From Elusimicrobiota bacterium (GTDB taxonomy: Bacteria; Elusimicrobiota; Elusimicrobia; JACQPE01), in NCBI GenBank assembly GCA_042563375.1, contig JBHPMF010000004.1, positions 14,902 through 78,901 on the forward strand: 64,000 nt of DNA, in the 5' to 3' direction. The translations under genes and the position numbers were made by a program. The notes beneath the pieces were generated by a model. The model was not told the DNA's origin. It saw only the letters and a program-made list of their open reading frames with translations, and did not search any database. The number at the start of each line of letters is the position of its first letter. The stretch's first letter is position 1. Shown in pieces: positions 25,541 through 34,412 of this stretch.

Positions 25541-25637
25541 TCTAGTAAGGACAATACAATGGTTCCAAGCGCGGTATTAGGCCTAAAAGAGCCGTCCTTG
25601 CGGCTTTATTCTAAGGACTGAATCGGGGAGGTAATAT

Positions 25638-26024
25638 ATGTGGTTTTTGGACCACGCAACTGACAATGATGATAAATTCAGCATGAAGCAATTCGTATAC
25701 GGCCTTGAACGCTTTAAACAAATGCGCTCTGTCGAAGGCAAAATGATCTACAAGCTCTCTTCATTCGCCTTCAGGGTACAGCATTCCCGCGAGCTTATTG
25801 AATGCCTGACAGATGATGAGCTTGACTGCCTTTTAAAGAACCTGCCCAATGACCCGTCTCTGTTTCTTTATTACGTGACAGCATTGATCACGGTAGTTCA
25901 AAACCGGGGCAAAGACACAGTGCTCGAAAAAAGGGCTTTTAAGAACATGGCGCTCGACACCGCGATCGACGTTGGCCTGGAAAAATCAAAAAGAAAGAAT
26001 GTAAGGCCTATTTCCTTCGCCTGA
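25638..26024 (+). CDS. hypothetical protein (orphan, plus strand)
   Basis: 128 aa. Strong SD GGGGAGG 6 nt upstream of the ATG and a near-consensus promoter upstream. No recognisable domain. Confidence 0.5.
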   Translation: MWFLDHATDNDDKFSMKQFVYGLERFKQMRSVEGKMIYKLSSFAFRVQHSRELIECLTDDELDCLLKNLPNDPSLFLYYVTALITVVQNRGKDTVLEKRAFKNMALDTAIDVGLEKSKRKNVRPISFA

Positions 26025-26193
26025 TTGAACCGGGGACGCTGTTAGGTTTCTTCTAAAAGTTAGCTATTATAAGCGTTTTCTTCTTTAAATTTCATGCCTG
26101 GCACTATTAGACTTCCCTGTTGACTTTTTTCATCCCGAACCCCAATGCTCAGTCGTGTCTTTTAGAAAAATAGATTTATGAATGGGCTTAAGA

Positions 26194-27483
26194 TCAGGAA
26201 GCTTGCTTCTTCTTGAAGCTGAGTTTCATGGTGAATACCGCGTCTGAAGAAAATATTTTACTGGCCAATACCACAAATCCCATAAAAACAACAGCCTGAT
26301 ATATTATCCCGTAGATAACATAAAGGTTCTTGCCTGCTATGGCCCATGGAACCGAAAGGAAAGGATGAGAAAACGGTATGGTTAAAACAATGTATTTAAG
26401 CGTTGTAGACATCGTATTGATGTCAAAAAGCATTGTCAGAAGATAGGGGATAAGCACCAGTATCATGATCGGCATGGTAACTGCTTGCACGCCTTTCACA
26501 TCTTCAGCAAGAAGCCCGAGTATCATAGCTATGACCAAAGCGCATAATATTCCAAGAAAAAGCGATATCCCCACAAGCATGTAACCGGACGCATCAAGAA
26601 AAAGCCCCAGCTCCGTCAAAGCAGCTGTGGCATCCTGTTTTACGCCTTCAGGCATAAAACTGCCGCTCACATCTCCCATATAAGCCTGAAGTCCCACCAT
26701 GTACACTCCGGCAAAAAGCAATGCCACGATAGCTGCTCCTCCGAGCTTGGCAAACACCAGCATTTTCCTGTTCACGGGAAGGCTTAAAAGAGTTTCAAGG
26801 GTCTTATTTTCCTTTTCAGTGGCCACAGCTATTGCCACCATCTGCGAAGCTATCACTATCACCATGAACAGCACGATTGGAACGAATGTTGATTGGGTCT
26901 GGATGAAACTCACCACCTCAGCGATCGAGACATTGGCTTGTTTGTCATTGAACACCACAAAATCATTGGAGCTTACCGGTTCGCTGATAAAATCCGAGGT
27001 TTTTTTCTTGAATTTATCCGCTATGACCCTCTCGCTGATCTGTTTGTTTATTTCTCTTATGATCCCTCTTGCTTTCGCAGCCTCCACGGAACCCATCAGG
27101 GATAAGCTTCTTAAAAACGCGTAGGAATCGAGTTTTTGCGCGGACATTAGTTTTAAATTTTTCCCAAAATTCCCAGGGATCACTACAAGCGAAACTGCCT
27201 TAGAACTCCCCGCTTTCAGGATCGCCTTTTCTTTATCAGCAACATCCAGAAGCTTTACATTGGGATCGGTTTTCATGAGATCATTCACCAATGTCTTTGA
27301 CATCGCGCTTTTATCCAGATCCAGGATAGCCACATCCTTATTCATCTGCTTTTTTATCTGCTCTTTATTGGCGATCTTGCCTATAAAAACCAGTATCAAT
27401 ATCGTGGCTACCATAGGAACAATTATGTGCGGAGTCAGCAGCTCTTTGATCTCTTTTTTAAGCAGAATAAAAAATAATCTCAT
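26194..27483 (-). CDS. ABC-2-type transporter permease (NatB-like, large extracytoplasmic loop)
   Basis: 429 aa. One N-terminal TM, a soluble loop of about 170 aa, then 5 TM helices. It lies downstream of an ABC ATPase. Confidence 0.75.
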   Translation of the reverse strand: MRLFFILLKKEIKELLTPHIIVPMVATILILVFIGKIANKEQIKKQMNKDVAILDLDKSAMSKTLVNDLMKTDPNVKLLDVADKEKAILKAGSSKAVSLVVIPGNFGKNLKLMSAQKLDSYAFLRSLSLMGSVEAAKARGIIREINKQISERVIADKFKKKTSDFISEPVSSNDFVVFNDKQANVSIAEVVSFIQTQSTFVPIVLFMVIVIASQMVAIAVATEKENKTLETLLSLPVNRKMLVFAKLGGAAIVALLFAGVYMVGLQAYMGDVSGSFMPEGVKQDATAALTELGLFLDASGYMLVGISLFLGILCALVIAMILGLLAEDVKGVQAVTMPIMILVLIPYLLTMLFDINTMSTTLKYIVLTIPFSHPFLSVPWAIAGKNLYVIYGIIYQAVVFMGFVVLASKIFSSDAVFTMKLSFKKKQAS

Positions 27484-27559
27484 ATCACAATCCTAAACTC
27501 TTCAAAATACTTTCCTCTTCGCAATACACCCCTTATCCTCCCCTCGCCCTCCCTCATAT

Positions 27560-27604
27560 TTCTCCTCCCCCTTGAGGGGGGAGGTTGGGTGGGGGTGATA
27601 AAGT
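27560..27604. repeat. family A repeat, copy A4 (between the ABC ATPase and permease genes)
   Basis: TTCTCCTCCCCCTTGAGGGGGGAGGTTGGGTGGGGGTGATAAAG. Confidence 0.9.
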
Positions 27605-27640
27605 TTTTCAGCTTTATTTCGTCATTCATCATTTCTTGAT

Positions 27641-28366
27641 TCACGAAACGATCTTCAAAAAACACTCTTCCAGATTAGCCCCCGAATGCCTGGTCTTCAA
27701 TTCAGATATCGTGCCAGTATCAAGGATCAGGCCGCTATTGATTATTCCCACTCTGTCAGCTAAATACTCGATCTCAAGCATATTGTGGCTCGACAAGAGA
27801 ATTGAGGTACCCTCTTTGGTGAGAGTTTTAAGCATATTTCTTATTTCAAAAGCATTGATAACATCAAGCCCGCTTGTTGGCTCATCTAATATCGCAAGCT
27901 TAGGTCTAGTCATGATAGCACGCGCTAGCAGAAGCTTTCTTGTCATACCCTTGCTGTATGTTTTTACCTTGTCATTCAAGCGGGATTTTAAACCAGTGGT
28001 TTGCGCGGCAAATGAGATTGCCTGGGCTTGCTCTTGGGGGTCACTGTAAAATACAGAACCCATGAATTTTAAATACCCGATACCAGTGAGATTCTTGTAA
28101 GCTCCTGCTTCTTCAGGAAGATAACTGATAAGTCTTCGGATTTTCTCAGCGTTGTTTGAGAGGTTCAGGTCATGTATAAGGACATTCCCTGAAGTAGCGC
28201 TGAGCACTGTTGCGATGATCTTAAGTGTTGTGGATTTTCCGGCTCCATTGGGTCCCACCAGAGCGAATATCTCGCCTTCTCTGACTTCAAAACTTATACC
28301 TTTAACAGCTTCAACTGTTTTATATTGCTTTTTTAAATCCCTGACTTGTAATACATGCATAATCAT
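27641..28366 (-). CDS. ABC transporter ATP-binding protein
   Basis: 241 aa. Walker A GPNGAGKST, signature YSKGMTRKL (LSGGQ-like), Walker B LAILDEPTSGLD. Confidence 0.9.
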   Translation of the reverse strand: MIMHVLQVRDLKKQYKTVEAVKGISFEVREGEIFALVGPNGAGKSTTLKIIATVLSATSGNVLIHDLNLSNNAEKIRRLISYLPEEAGAYKNLTGIGYLKFMGSVFYSDPQEQAQAISFAAQTTGLKSRLNDKVKTYSKGMTRKLLLARAIMTRPKLAILDEPTSGLDVINAFEIRNMLKTLTKEGTSILLSSHNMLEIEYLADRVGIINSGLILDTGTISELKTRHSGANLEECFLKIVS

Positions 28367-28448
28367 CTAAGTATATCAAGTAGAGGGATTTTAAACAGAA
28401 ATGCTTTAAGCGCAATAATATCGCGGTTTTACAGCATGAAAATTCTAT

Positions 28449-28712
28449 TTATTTCGGTATTGGAGTTATTATTGATGAAGAATTTTCTTCTAGCTGCAGC
28501 ACTGTGAGATGCTCGGGACATTTTCCGGGTCTTTTAGACCAAAAATGATTATCGTCGAATGGGCAAATATATTTATGTCCTCCTCCGTCATGCATGTCAT
28601 GATGACCAGCGCCAGCCTCTGCTTTTAATGCGGAACTACTTCCCATGCTAATAGTTAAAACCAGTACTAAAAACGGAATACACGCGATTTTCATGATCTT
28701 ATGTTCCATCAT
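28449..28712 (-). CDS. small secreted His/Cys-rich protein (possible metal-binding protein)
   Basis: The ORF track starts at 28760, but AGGGGA sits 5 nt before the ATG at 28712. The product is MMEHKIMKIACIPFLVLVLTISMGSSSALKA / EAGAGHHDMHDGGGHKYICPFDDNHFWSKRPGKCPEH... Confidence 0.5.
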   Translation of the reverse strand: MMEHKIMKIACIPFLVLVLTISMGSSSALKAEAGAGHHDMHDGGGHKYICPFDDNHFWSKRPGKCPEHLTVLQLEENSSSIITPIPK

Positions 28713-28800
28713 ATTATCCCCTGCGCAACAATTTTTTCTGCCTACACTAATATAGAACATGAGAACTCTAAAATTGCAAGTTTTAAATTCAACTATCTCT

Positions 28801-28882
28801 CCGGTAGCCTCAGGCTTCAGCCTGTGCCTTTTCTGCTCTGTTCTGCAAAAGAACAGACACAGGCTGAAGCCTGAGGCTACCG
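28801..28882. repeat. family B repeat, full nested palindrome B2
   Basis: CCGGTAGCCTCAGGCTTCAGCCTGTGCC...CTGTTCTGCAAAAGAACAG...ACACAGGCTGAAGCCTGAGGCTACCGG. The outer arms are about 26 bp with one mismatch next to the loop. An inner 7-bp hairpin is also present. Confidence 0.9.
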
Positions 28883-28903
28883 GAAAAAATATATCAAGAA
28901 AAA

Positions 28904-30289
28904 TTAAAGATCAACGCTCTGCAGATACTTCGGGATCAAATATTTACACTTAAGCTCTTTATTCACGCGGCTTGCCATGGCTTTAAGTTCATCAGACTCG
29001 CCATGCACAAGAAACACTTTTTTTGGCTTTGGTTTGGCTGTTTTAAGCCAACGGATGATGTCATCTGAATCTCCATGCGAGGAGAATCCCTTTATGGATC
29101 CCACCTTGGCTCGCACAGGCACGGTTTGCCCAAGCATTCTGAGTTTTTTAGCCCCGTCTTTTAATGCGCGGCCGCGCGTGCCAACTGCCTGATAGCCCAC
29201 AAGCAGGACAAGATTGCGCTTATTGGGCAATCTGTTCTTTAAATGGTGCAATATTCGGCCTCCTGTTATCATGCCGCTGGCTGATATGATAATGGCAGGC
29301 CCTGGACTTTCATTCAATCGTTTGGATTGCTCAACAGAGCGCACAAAACGCGTATTAAGCGCGCTCATGGAATGATCGCAGATCTCACTCAAAGCCCCTT
29401 TTCTTAAATTATGCTCATTCGGATGTCTGCAGTAGATCTCAACAGCATTGGTAGCCATTGGGCTGTCCACATATACGGGAACAGAGGGTATTTCCCTCTT
29501 ATCCTGAAGTTTGCGCAAATAATAGAGCACCATCGCGGTCCTGCCCACAGCAAACGCCGGGATCACGACCACGCCGCGCTTCTCCAGAACCGGCAGGATG
29601 TTTTCCTTTAGCTGGTCTTCAACAGGGCGATTATCAACAACCCTGCCTCCATAAGTTGATTCAGTGACTACATAATCTGTTTTTGGGGGTATTAAAGCAG
29701 GCTGGCGCATAACATCATGCCCAAAGCTTCCAACATCCCCTGAGATCACAAGGCGCTTGTTCTCAAACAACACTTCAATAGAAGCTGCTCCCAGGATATG
29801 ACCCGTGGGATGCATCCTGATCTGTATCCCTTTTGTGATCTTATGAATGCGTTCGTAATCCAAGGGCCTTATATACTGCAAAGCTTCCCTTGCTTCTTCC
29901 TCTGTATACAAAGGCAAGGCAGGACTGTGCTTTGAATAACCTTTCTTATTGGCATACGCTGCTTCTTCCTCTTGCAGATGCCCTGAATCAGGAAGCAGAA
30001 GGGTCAGAAGCTCTGCTGTTGCTTGCGAACAATGAACAGAACCTGAAAACCCCTGTTTGATGAGTCTTGGCAGATACCCGCTGTGATCAAGATGCGCGTG
30101 AGTCAAGACAACCGCATCTATCTTCCTTGGACTCACAGGCAATACTTCCCAATTCTTTCTGCGCAGGTCTTTTAAGCCCTGAAACATCCCACAATCAAAA
30201 AGAACATTTTGGCCATTAACATTAAGCAGGAATTTAGAACCTGTTACAGTCTCAGTCGCTCCCAGGAATTGCAAATATGATTTACCCAT
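28904..30289 (-). CDS. MBL-fold beta-CASP family hydrolase (RNA-metabolising nuclease type)
   Basis: 461 aa. HxHxDH motif (THAHLDHSG) followed by beta-CASP and C-terminal RNA-specificity-type regions (GFSSHGD, VHGE). Confidence 0.85.
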   Translation of the reverse strand: MGKSYLQFLGATETVTGSKFLLNVNGQNVLFDCGMFQGLKDLRRKNWEVLPVSPRKIDAVVLTHAHLDHSGYLPRLIKQGFSGSVHCSQATAELLTLLLPDSGHLQEEEAAYANKKGYSKHSPALPLYTEEEAREALQYIRPLDYERIHKITKGIQIRMHPTGHILGAASIEVLFENKRLVISGDVGSFGHDVMRQPALIPPKTDYVVTESTYGGRVVDNRPVEDQLKENILPVLEKRGVVVIPAFAVGRTAMVLYYLRKLQDKREIPSVPVYVDSPMATNAVEIYCRHPNEHNLRKGALSEICDHSMSALNTRFVRSVEQSKRLNESPGPAIIISASGMITGGRILHHLKNRLPNKRNLVLLVGYQAVGTRGRALKDGAKKLRMLGQTVPVRAKVGSIKGFSSHGDSDDIIRWLKTAKPKPKKVFLVHGESDELKAMASRVNKELKCKYLIPKYLQSVDL

Positions 30290-30367
30290 AATAAAAGGAT
30301 TATCAAACTTTAAACAAAGCGGGTCAAGTATGCTCTCTTATTTCCCAAACAAACTGCCGCCCCTCTC

Positions 30368-30414
30368 TTTCTCCTCCCTCTTGATGGGGGGTGTTGGGTG
30401 GGAGTGATAAAGAA
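30368..30414. repeat. family A repeat, copy A5 (degenerate; MBL-cupin intergenic)
   Basis: TTTCTCCTCCCTCTTGATGGGGGGTGTTGGGTGGGAGTGATAAAGAAG. Shares the TGATAAAG tail with A4. Confidence 0.8.
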
Positions 30415-30421
30415 GCTCCTT

Positions 30422-30736
30422 TTATTTCCCGAACAAGCTCAACAAAAACGCCAAATTCTCATGCGCCTTGAGCGAATGCGGAGCATTCCTTGGCATGAAA
30501 ATAAAAACTCCCGGCTTCATCTTTATCTTCTTTTTGCCCAGCATAAAAACGCCCTTGCCTTTAAGCACGGTAACAGCAGCTTCACGGGTGGAAGTGTGCT
30601 CGGACATATCACTGCCCTTTGACATGCACATCAATGTGTGATTCGATGTTTCGCCATTAGCTAAAACCGTACTGAATATCCCCTGCTTTGGGAATTGTAT
30701 GAGCTTTTCAAGTTCCTTTATAGCAGATCTCGCCAT
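30422..30736 (-). CDS. cupin-domain protein
   Basis: The ORF track starts at a GTG (30742), but the ATG at 30736 has a GGAGG SD 5 nt upstream. Cupin strings: SEHTSTREAAVTVLKGKG...PGVFIFMPRNAPHSLKA. Confidence 0.7.
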   Translation of the reverse strand: MARSAIKELEKLIQFPKQGIFSTVLANGETSNHTLMCMSKGSDMSEHTSTREAAVTVLKGKGVFMLGKKKIKMKPGVFIFMPRNAPHSLKAHENLAFLLSLFGK

Positions 30737-30911
30737 ATTCACCTCCGAATACTTCGATGCCCGATAGCAATAAAAGATTCTCCTTTCTCGCGGGATCCTC
30801 CCCGCGCTTCTAGCATCTAATCATAAAAAGAAGCGTATAGGTTCATCTTCGATCGACAAAGTCTGGAAAAGTAACCGGTCTTCGCTCATATAACTCCCGT
30901 TCTGCCCCTCT

Positions 30912-30945
30912 TGGTAGCCGCAGGCTTTAGCCTGTGCCTGTTCTG
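30912..30945. repeat. family B repeat, half-copy B3 (cupin/HAD divergent intergenic)
   Basis: TGGTAGCCGCAGGCTTTAGCCTGTGCCTGTTCTG. Confidence 0.8.
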
Positions 30946-31044
30946 GTAGTCGCACCCTTCTGCGAAGCGGGGCTCCCCCGTTCGTGTTTCGCCTCTTGAT
31001 TATCCTCCTAATCTCCCATAAAATAGGACTTTCCGGTTAATCCA

Positions 31045-31731
31045 ATGAAATACAAGCTGATCCTTTTTGACGCGGATGACACACTCCTTGATTTTGTTAA
31101 AAGCGAGAAGGTGTCCTTCAGTATCCTGCTTAAACAATACGGCATAAAGCGCGATCTGCCTGCGATCTTTAAGACATACAGGAAGATCAGCCTTGACCTT
31201 TGGTTCAAATTCGAACGAAGGCAAGTGACGCTTGAGGAGATCCGCGTTGATCGCTTTGCAAAGACATTTAAAATACATCAGATAGGTCTGGACGCAAACA
31301 AAGTAGGCAAGGCTTTCCTCGATATTCTGGCGCAAAACGTATTTTTGATCAAAGATGCAAAGCAAATCTGCAAAAAAATAAAAAAATTCAGCAAGGTAGG
31401 GATAATAACCAATGGCAGCAAGAAGGTTCAGAAGCAGAGGCTTGCGGTATCGGGCCTGGGTAAATATATTGACTTCATGGTGAGCTCCGAAGAATGCAAA
31501 TATTCCAAGCCCCATCCTAATTTCTTTGAATGCGCTCTAAAACGCGCCCGCATGAGCGACCGATCCAAAGTGCTTATAGTCGGCGACAGGCTTGACGCTG
31601 ACATCAGGGGCGCGCAGAACTTTGGCATTGATTCCTGCTGGTACAATCCCGACGGACTGCCCAATAAAACAGATGCGACTCCGAATTATGAGATAAAGAG
31701 CCTTAAACAAATCTTCAACATTTTGGTCTAG
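31045..31731 (+). CDS. HAD-superfamily hydrolase (YjjG-like nucleotidase subfamily)
   Basis: 228 aa. Motif I LILFDADDTLLDF, motif II IITNG, motif IV VGDRLDADIRGA. Confidence 0.85.
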   Translation: MKYKLILFDADDTLLDFVKSEKVSFSILLKQYGIKRDLPAIFKTYRKISLDLWFKFERRQVTLEEIRVDRFAKTFKIHQIGLDANKVGKAFLDILAQNVFLIKDAKQICKKIKKFSKVGIITNGSKKVQKQRLAVSGLGKYIDFMVSSEECKYSKPHPNFFECALKRARMSDRSKVLIVGDRLDADIRGAQNFGIDSCWYNPDGLPNKTDATPNYEIKSLKQIFNILV

Positions 31732-31783
31732 GAATCCCACAGCCTCCTTGACGCAAGCCCATTGTTCTGTTATTCTTTCAGAG

Positions 31784-32683
31784 ATGAGGGATAGAAATCC
31801 GCTAGGGCTTTTAATGATCCCGATTATGATCGCCTGCTTTTGCGCTTCTGCGCACGCATTCGGCAGAAAGGATCAATGCAAAACACTTAGCCCCCACTCA
31901 AGCGAAAGAGACTTTAATGACTGCGACAAACAGATCGAAGCCTTGTGGTCACAATGGGACAAGGGCATGAGGCAAAACGAGTTCAAAACATACGCGCAAA
32001 CCTACTTTGAATATTTTGAAAGGACCAGAGAGTCATCGATCGAGCTTCCTGAAGAAGAAAGGATATTCACAGGACTCGGCCTCGACGCATCTCGAACAAC
32101 CGACGCTGCACCTCATAAGCGCAGCAAAGAAGCCTTGAGCAGATGCGCGAAAATCAAGGATGATCCTTCTCCGGATAAAACTGATTACACTTTTTGCAGG
32201 AAACTTTCGCGCGAGCTAATGGCTGAATATGCCGATGCCAGCGCTTTCCACTATGATCGAATGAATAAGATCAAGCGCGTGCACAGACTGCTCATGGCGA
32301 TCTATGTTGAGAAACTTGAAGATTTCCCGATCAAGATCTGCTGCAGGAATCCTGATCTCACATACAGGGAAGTTTATGAGGATAATACATTACTTGATAT
32401 CGGCGTGATAGAATCAGTGGATTTCTTTGAATATATCACCGGACACACACAATGCCATTACAATGACTGCTGGAAGGATATACCCGAAAAATCCAGAAAC
32501 ACAAAAATCCATATCTGGAACCCGCAAGCCTTAGCCTTCATGGAGAATTATTATCAGAGAACTCTCTCCCTGCATACCAGACACGTGCTTTCCTGCCTTA
32601 AGCTGAGGGAAAAAGAATTAAAAGACAATAAGCGGGTAAATGTAAAAATGCAGCGCACCTGCACGCCGAATTTTGACGAGTAA
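31784..32683 (+). CDS. secreted Cys-rich hypothetical protein
   Basis: The ORF track starts at a TTG (31748). The ATG at 31784 gives a clean signal peptide, MRDRNPLGLLMIPIMIACFCASAHA. About 13 Cys in the mature part. No recognisable domain. Confidence 0.5.
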   Translation: MRDRNPLGLLMIPIMIACFCASAHAFGRKDQCKTLSPHSSERDFNDCDKQIEALWSQWDKGMRQNEFKTYAQTYFEYFERTRESSIELPEEERIFTGLGLDASRTTDAAPHKRSKEALSRCAKIKDDPSPDKTDYTFCRKLSRELMAEYADASAFHYDRMNKIKRVHRLLMAIYVEKLEDFPIKICCRNPDLTYREVYEDNTLLDIGVIESVDFFEYITGHTQCHYNDCWKDIPEKSRNTKIHIWNPQALAFMENYYQRTLSLHTRHVLSCLKLREKELKDNKRVNVKMQRTCTPNFDE

Positions 32684-32721
32684 TTAAGAACGCCCGGATT
32701 ATCCTTTGGAAAGTTTCCCGT

Positions 32722-33252
32722 CTAGAATTCCGCGTAAGGAGACGGGGCCCCGAATTCGGACTGCTCGTACCTTTTTGCGGCGATCACGATCTTCGCGCAC
32801 GCTAAAGCATCAGATATGGGGTCATGGTGGTCTAGCGTGATCTTTAGCTCCCTGCATACATCAGTTAATTTGGTTGGGTAAATGCCGAACACGCTTCTTG
32901 CCAATTGCACAGTGCACATAAATTCATAATCCGGGCGCTCTATTTTCGCGCTTTGACAACAGGCATTAAGCACTTTTTTATCAAAACTTGCATTGTGCGC
33001 AGCGATAAAATCCGCCTGATCCAGGGTTTCCTGGATTTTCGGCCATAGCTGTTTGAAAGTGGGTTTCTCGCACACGTCATTCCACGTTATCCCATGAATA
33101 TATGTGAAAACAAAGGCCTTACGAGGAGGTTTGATCAGGAATTTCTCCTGCTTGATTATCTTGTTATCTGAGACACTTACAAGCCCGATCGCGCAAGCGC
33201 TATCAGGATTATTATCCGCTGTTTCAAAATCAAACGCTACAAAATCCGCCAT
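32722..33252 (-). CDS. DEDDh-type 3'-5' exonuclease (DnaQ-like domain)
   Basis: 176 aa. ExoI FVAFDFETAD, ExoII AHNASFDKKVL, ExoIII HHDPISDALACAKI. Confidence 0.8.
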   Translation of the reverse strand: MADFVAFDFETADNNPDSACAIGLVSVSDNKIIKQEKFLIKPPRKAFVFTYIHGITWNDVCEKPTFKQLWPKIQETLDQADFIAAHNASFDKKVLNACCQSAKIERPDYEFMCTVQLARSVFGIYPTKLTDVCRELKITLDHHDPISDALACAKIVIAAKRYEQSEFGAPSPYAEF

Positions 33253-33275
33253 TTTGAAAAAATCCTGATCTTCAC

Positions 33276-34412
33276 CTATCCTTGGAATACCAGCTCTTTT
33301 TCCTTATCGTTATAAAAGCCCCGACTTTTTATTCTTATGCCTTTTTCCCCTGTGACCGTACCTATTACCTTTGCGTCTATTTCATGCTGCTTGGCGACAT
33401 CCAGGACCTCATCAGGATTTGTTGTGGCGATTATCATGCCCTGGCCCATGTTCCAGGCGCTATAAGCCTCTTTATCCGAAACAAATCCCTTTTCCTGGCA
33501 AAAAAGCATGAGGTCGCAAGGCTTGAACGGATCATCGATCACAGCTCCGAGATTATTGGGGGTTAAAAGCCTCCCGAGCTTCTCAGGAATACCGCCGCCT
33601 GTGATATGCGCGATCCCGAACACACGCGCTTTAGGCTCTCGCTCAAGGCCGCCAAACATGTCAACAACTGCGCCTGTATAAATTCTTGAGGGATGAAGCG
33701 TAAGCTCAGCAAGCTTTTTGCCGCTAAAAGTCTGAAGATGCCACTTGTCCCCATACAGATCACCCAATACTTTTCTTAGCAAAGAAAGACCATTGGACCT
33801 GAATCCATCTTCCCTTAAGCCAACCAGATGATCTCCTTCCTGGATTTTTCGCCCGGTCAAAAATCTCTCTTTTCTGGCGAACCACACAGCTGCTGCTCCC
33901 CAATTATAGTTAAAGGGGCCATACCCCATGACTCTTACACCTAGTTCAGCAACTTCTCCGTTTACAATAGCCACATTCGCTTCTTTGGCTGCATTCACGT
34001 ATCCAATGGCCATCTGCTTGACAAAGTCAATGTATGAAACCTTGCTGGTTTTATTCTGCAAAGTGTTCACGTCGAGTATTGAGCCCACGATCACAGGCTC
34101 TGCGCCTTTAGCCACAGCATCATCGCATACCATGGCAAAAAGATCATAAGCAAGGGTGTTGTGCATAGACGCTCTTTCTCCAAGCTCCACTTTGGTGCCG
34201 ACTCCATCAAAACCAATGTTCATGTAAGTGCCCTGAGGCAAGCCCCCGACATGTATGGCTCTTACTCCTGAAAAATCAGGGAACACCTCAATAACTTCCC
34301 CCAGCTTTCCCTTCCTGTTCTCCCATGTAAGCTTGGCTGCTTCGTACAGGATCTTTGAAGCTTCATTTCCAAGACTGATACTTACACCTGATGACTGGTA
34401 TGTGGAACTCAT
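33276..34412 (-). CDS. purM: phosphoribosylformylglycinamidine cyclo-ligase (AIR synthase, long form)
   Basis: 378 aa. PurM-type strings DGVGTKVELG, LAYDLFAMVCDDAVAKGAEP, HITGGG. It sits in the pur cluster. Confidence 0.9.
   Translation of the reverse strand: MSSTYQSSGVSISLGNEASKILYEAAKLTWENRKGKLGEVIEVFPDFSGVRAIHVGGLPQGTYMNIGFDGVGTKVELGERASMHNTLAYDLFAMVCDDAVAKGAEPVIVGSILDVNTLQNKTSKVSYIDFVKQMAIGYVNAAKEANVAIVNGEVAELGVRVMGYGPFNYNWGAAAVWFARKERFLTGRKIQEGDHLVGLREDGFRSNGLSLLRKVLGDLYGDKWHLQTFSGKKLAELTLHPSRIYTGAVVDMFGGLEREPKARVFGIAHITGGGIPEKLGRLLTPNNLGAVIDDPFKPCDLMLFCQEKGFVSDKEAYSAWNMGQGMIIATTNPDEVLDVAKQHEIDAKVIGTVTGEKGIRIKSRGFYNDKEKELVFQG

Noticed and set aside
30743-31044. The 302-nt cupin/HAD divergent spacer as a possible riboswitch or ncRNA gene. 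The spacers upstream of the pur, gua and car genes were also checked for purine, ZTP or PRPP-type riboswitches.
   Set aside because: I could not recognise any conserved riboswitch core (no purine-riboswitch loops, ZTP pfl motif or B12 box). The spacer is largely explained by a family-B half-copy plus divergent promoters. It should still be scanned with Rfam.
31000-31740. Minus-strand ORFs 31000-31515, 31428-31664 and 31537-31740.
   Set aside because: They are antisense to the well-supported HAD hydrolase gene and have no motifs.
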